Origin: Gammaproteobacteria bacterium | Lineage (GTDB): Bacteria; Pseudomonadota; Gammaproteobacteria; Eutrophobiales; Eutrophobiaceae | Direction: 5' to 3' | DNA length: 64,000 nt | Assembly: GCA_965222155.1 (NCBI GenBank) | Contig: CBDCTH010000004.1 | Coordinates: forward strand, 352,001-416,000 | In this document: positions 60,894 to 64,000 of the stretch, piece by piece | How the letters are laid out: each line of letters starts with the position of its first letter | Numbering within the stretch: the stretch's first letter is position 1 | The notes under the pieces: model-generated | Databases searched by the model: none | What the model saw: the letters and a program-made list of their open reading frames with translations, nothing else | Told to the model about the DNA's origin: nothing | Translations under genes and position numbers: made by a program

Positions 60894-61159
60894 CAGGGAT
60901 TGGCCGGTACCCAGCCACAAGGACGTATAATAAAACACCTCCCCCAGCACCCCCCCACAAACACAAACCCCACCCCCCCGTTGCAACAAAGCAACACCTC
61001 CCCCCAAACCATCCACCCCCCAAACCACCCCCCCAAAACCCCCCAAAACCCAACCAAAACCCAACCACAAAACACCGCCACAAAAACTGACACGTATGTT
61101 GCCTGCTGATAAAACTTTAACTATACTGGGCTGAATTTTTTAACCGGATTAGACAATTT

Positions 61160-61450
61160 ATGCAGACTACAACCGTATCGCAACTCAAAATGTCGATGAG
61201 CGCCTATTTACGTCAGGTCAAGGCCGGTGAAGAACTGTTAATTACTGAGCATGGTCGTCCGGTTGCGCGTCTGTTGCCCGTTGCGGACCTTGCGTCTCTA
61301 CCCGAGCACCTGGCTGACATGGAAAAAAAAGGCTTGCTCAAACGTGCCGAGAAATCCTTGCCGGCGGATTTTTGGACCCTGCCTCGTCCCTCAGACCCAC
61401 AGGCGACAGTACGTTCGGCGGTCTTGCAGGAGCGCAAACAGGGCTGGTGA
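61160..61450 (+). CDS. Phd/YefM-family antitoxin
   Basis: LKMSMSAYLRQVKAGEELLITEHGRPVARL. Confidence 0.88.
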   Translation: MQTTTVSQLKMSMSAYLRQVKAGEELLITEHGRPVARLLPVADLASLPEHLADMEKKGLLKRAEKSLPADFWTLPRPSDPQATVRSAVLQERKQGW

Positions 61451-61905
61451 AATTCTGGGATACGTCGGCCATTGTGCCCCTGTATATGCATGAGCCGAAC
61501 TCGACCATAGTACAGCACCTGATCGCTGAGGATTCCTCAATCGTGGTATGGTGGGGCACGCACAGCGAATGCATATCCGCATTGATGCGACAGGTAAGAT
61601 CAGGCGGTTTCACAACGTCAGACGAACACGCCGCCCGTCAGGTATTGCATACTCTGATGCAATCCTGGGCAGAAATACAACCAGGTGAAGCATTACGCAA
61701 CACGGCTGAACGTTTATTGGCAGTGCATCCCTTACGCGCCGCGGATGCCTTGCAACTGGCCGCTGCCATCCAGTGGTGTCAGGGGCTCACAACCGGTCAG
61801 GGCCTTGTTGCCTTTGATCAACGGCTGCGTGACGCGGCATATCGGGAAGGCTTTACTGTTCTTCCCGGGAGTGAGGGCATCCCGCCCTCGACGGGGGCAG
61901 GCTGA
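61447..61905 (+). CDS. vapC: VapC/PIN-domain toxin
   Basis: FWDTSAIV, LRAADALQLAAA, FDQRL; GTGA overlap with the antitoxin. Confidence 0.88.
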   Translation: MKFWDTSAIVPLYMHEPNSTIVQHLIAEDSSIVVWWGTHSECISALMRQVRSGGFTTSDEHAARQVLHTLMQSWAEIQPGEALRNTAERLLAVHPLRAADALQLAAAIQWCQGLTTGQGLVAFDQRLRDAAYREGFTVLPGSEGIPPSTGAG

Positions 61906-61944
61906 TAAAATCAGCGGGACCAGCCGTTTTTTTCTGTTATACTG

Positions 61945-62373
61945 TTGACATGTCAGTTGAATACTGACATATTGCGGCCATTTTACGGCATGGGGGGGAT
62001 ATGTCGGGGAGAAAGGAGCACAGTTTAGTTCCGTGATACTGGCAAATGTCCGTCTTGGAATAGTGTAATCCGGGGCCAGTATCCAGGAAACATAAACCTG
62101 TTCACTTTTTTGATATTTTTTCCTGCCAGGTAGTTGACATCGTTGCGGAATACTGACATAGTGCTATTATCTTACAACACGGGGGAGAACGGCAGGTCAA
62201 ATCCTTGACAGACCTGCGGTATTTTTCTATTATGCTATTGACATACTTGTTGAATATCGGCATATTGCAACCGATAAAAAAATATGTAACATGGTTGACA
62301 AGCTGTAAACGCGCAGTATGATCAAGAATATTATAAATTATCTGTTGACTTATATCCGTCAGGGTGAGATATT
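61945..62373 (+). promoter_or_regulatory. Six tandem sigma70-like promoters
   Basis: TTGAC(A/T) at 61945, 62134, 62205, 62238, 62295 and 62345, each with a 16-17 bp spacer to a -10-like hexamer. Confidence 0.55.
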
Positions 62374-62479
62374 TGTGCGCAGTGATAATTTTTCTGTAAA
62401 AATGTGTAATAATGCGCAATAATGCGATAAACCAAAAGAATTCGTTTACTTCTATCTGATAGCACAGGAGAAAAAAGTT

Positions 62480-64000
62480 ATGCCAATTTCAATTGAGAAA
62501 TCACCGCAAGATGCGCCTGCAGCTCTCGACACCGGGTTCAGCTTCGCACCGCATTCTGATGGTTCATTCGATGAGAAAAATAACACGTTTATGGGCACAC
62601 TTAACGACTCGTCCGATGTAGACTGGATCGTAATTGATTTGCGAGCGGGGAAAGAGTACACAATCGGCGTGAAAGGCGATAAGGGTGGGGTGAATGACAC
62701 CATCCTGAAACTCCTCGATTCAAAGGGTGGCATTGTTGAAGATAATGACGACGTTGACGGCGCCAAGGGGGAGCTCAACTCGGAAGTGATGTTCACCCCG
62801 AAAGAGGACGCCAAATACTACATCAGCGTCAGCGCCTATACGGGTAACCCGCAAGCGAAAATGGACAATAAGGGCGCTTACACGGTTACGGTGACAGAGG
62901 AGGACGTAGGTCCTGCGGATATTCACGGTACTAAAACGCAGACAAACTCACCGGCACCGACGCAGGAGAGGAGATCGATGGGAAGGAAGGTAACGACGAA
63001 TTGAAGGGCGGAAGCGGTAACGACAACTTGATAGGCGGCGACGGTAATGACTTGCTCGTAGGCGGTTCGGGCGCCGATACGCTCAGTGGCGGCGCTGGCG
63101 ATGACACGATATCTTACGAGGATTCAATAAAGGGCGTTACCATAAACCTGCTCACCGACACGGCCAAGGGTGGCGACGCCGATGGAGATACGATTGTTGA
63201 TAAGAAGGGTGATCAGATCGAGAACGTTCAGGGTTCCATGTATGATGACCGGCTCACCGGTAATGATGTGGGCAACAAACTCTGGGGCTTGGGTGGCAAT
63301 GATGAACTGAACGGTGGCAGGGGCGCAGACACCTTGTCTGGCGGCCCCGGTGACGATGCTCTGGACGGTGGAGATGACAATGACACCCTGGAAGGCGGCG
63401 CCGGCGCGGACGAACTGACCGGCGGCAAGGGTGACAATACCGCATCCTACGCTAGTTCGGAGATGGGCGTGACGGTACGTCTTCATGCTTCCAAGGCCAT
63501 GGGCGGCGACGCCGAAGGCGATACCTTTGGCGGGATGGTAACTGTGAAGTATACGGATGAGGATGGCGATCCTCAAGGGGAAAACCTCCCTGATATAATT
63601 AAGCTTACAGGTTCTGCTCACGACGATATACTGGCGGGCGACTTCAGGGATAACGTAATCGAGGGCGGCGCCGGCAACGATAGGCTGTACGGCGGCCCGG
63701 GTGGTGGTGATGGCAAAGGTGACGACACTAACAAGGACACGCTGCATGGTCAGGCTGGCGACGATAAGCTGTACGGTGGTGCCGGCGATGACAAGCTGTA
63801 CGGTGGTGCCGGCAGTGACGTGCTCTGGGGCGGCCCGGGTGAAGACACCTACGAGGGCGGCGCTGGTGATGATACCATTCACGCCGATAAGGATGACGTG
63901 ATGATTGATGGTGATGGTGATGGTGATGATGAAGACGACGCAACTGAGAATGGTAAAAACGACACCGTATCTTATGCGAAGTTAGATGATGGAGTTACCA
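62480..64000 (+). CDS. RTX/hemolysin-type Ca-binding repeat protein with N-terminal PPC-like domain; frameshifted at ~62935; runs off window
   Basis: DVDW, DTILKLLD, DNDD (PPC-like); after the shift the frame stays open to 64000 with many GGxGxDxL nonapeptides; AGGAG RBS. Confidence 0.85.

Noticed and set aside
60843-61109. Gly/Trp-rich and Pro/Thr-rich ORFs
   Set aside because: By-products of the C/A low-complexity tract
51950-61905. Classical integron or prophage
   Set aside because: No IntI, no recognisable attC sites and no phage structural genes
63124-63882. 252-aa minus-strand ORF
   Set aside because: Antisense shadow of the RTX coding frame

Overview
Chromosomal window of a Gammaproteobacterium in three parts. 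(1) 1-~12.9 kb is a visibly AT-rich catabolic island: MFS transporter, Rieske oxygenase, TonB-dependent receptor, proline-racemase-family enzyme, RidA, E1alpha/E1beta with a free lipoyl domain, OCD/Pyr2C reductase and split aconitase X. It ends in two tandem displaced thyA 3' fragments that share an att-like leader, then hipBA. (2) ~16-51 kb is GC-rich housekeeping DNA: folA, apaH/G, comM, ubiK, an NtrC/sigma54-controlled torF-glnK-amtB-glnK-amtB operon, aroE, TRAP permeases, rsmA-pdxA-surA-lptD, dcd, apbC, metG, rnfABCDG, cysG, msrB, mltF, egtD. (3) ~51-62 kb is a string of toxin-antitoxin and small accessory genes, followed by an RTX calcium-binding protein gene. The most striking feature is a RAYT-like HUH/Y1 tyrosine transposase (45342-46307) enclosed by inverted GGACACCCAT...ATGGGTGTCC ends. 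The same motif forms hairpins across the window, is amplified in place into locus-specific tandem arrays (13-32 bp units), separates the TA modules, sits at synteny and duplication breakpoints, and is flanked by a mirror-image strand skew (C/A-rich 5' of the element, G/T-rich 3' of it) that reaches synonymous codon sites. A second REP family behaves similarly (24- and 42-bp arrays) and appears to supply the LptD signal-peptide start. All counts are by hand; no database searches were run.
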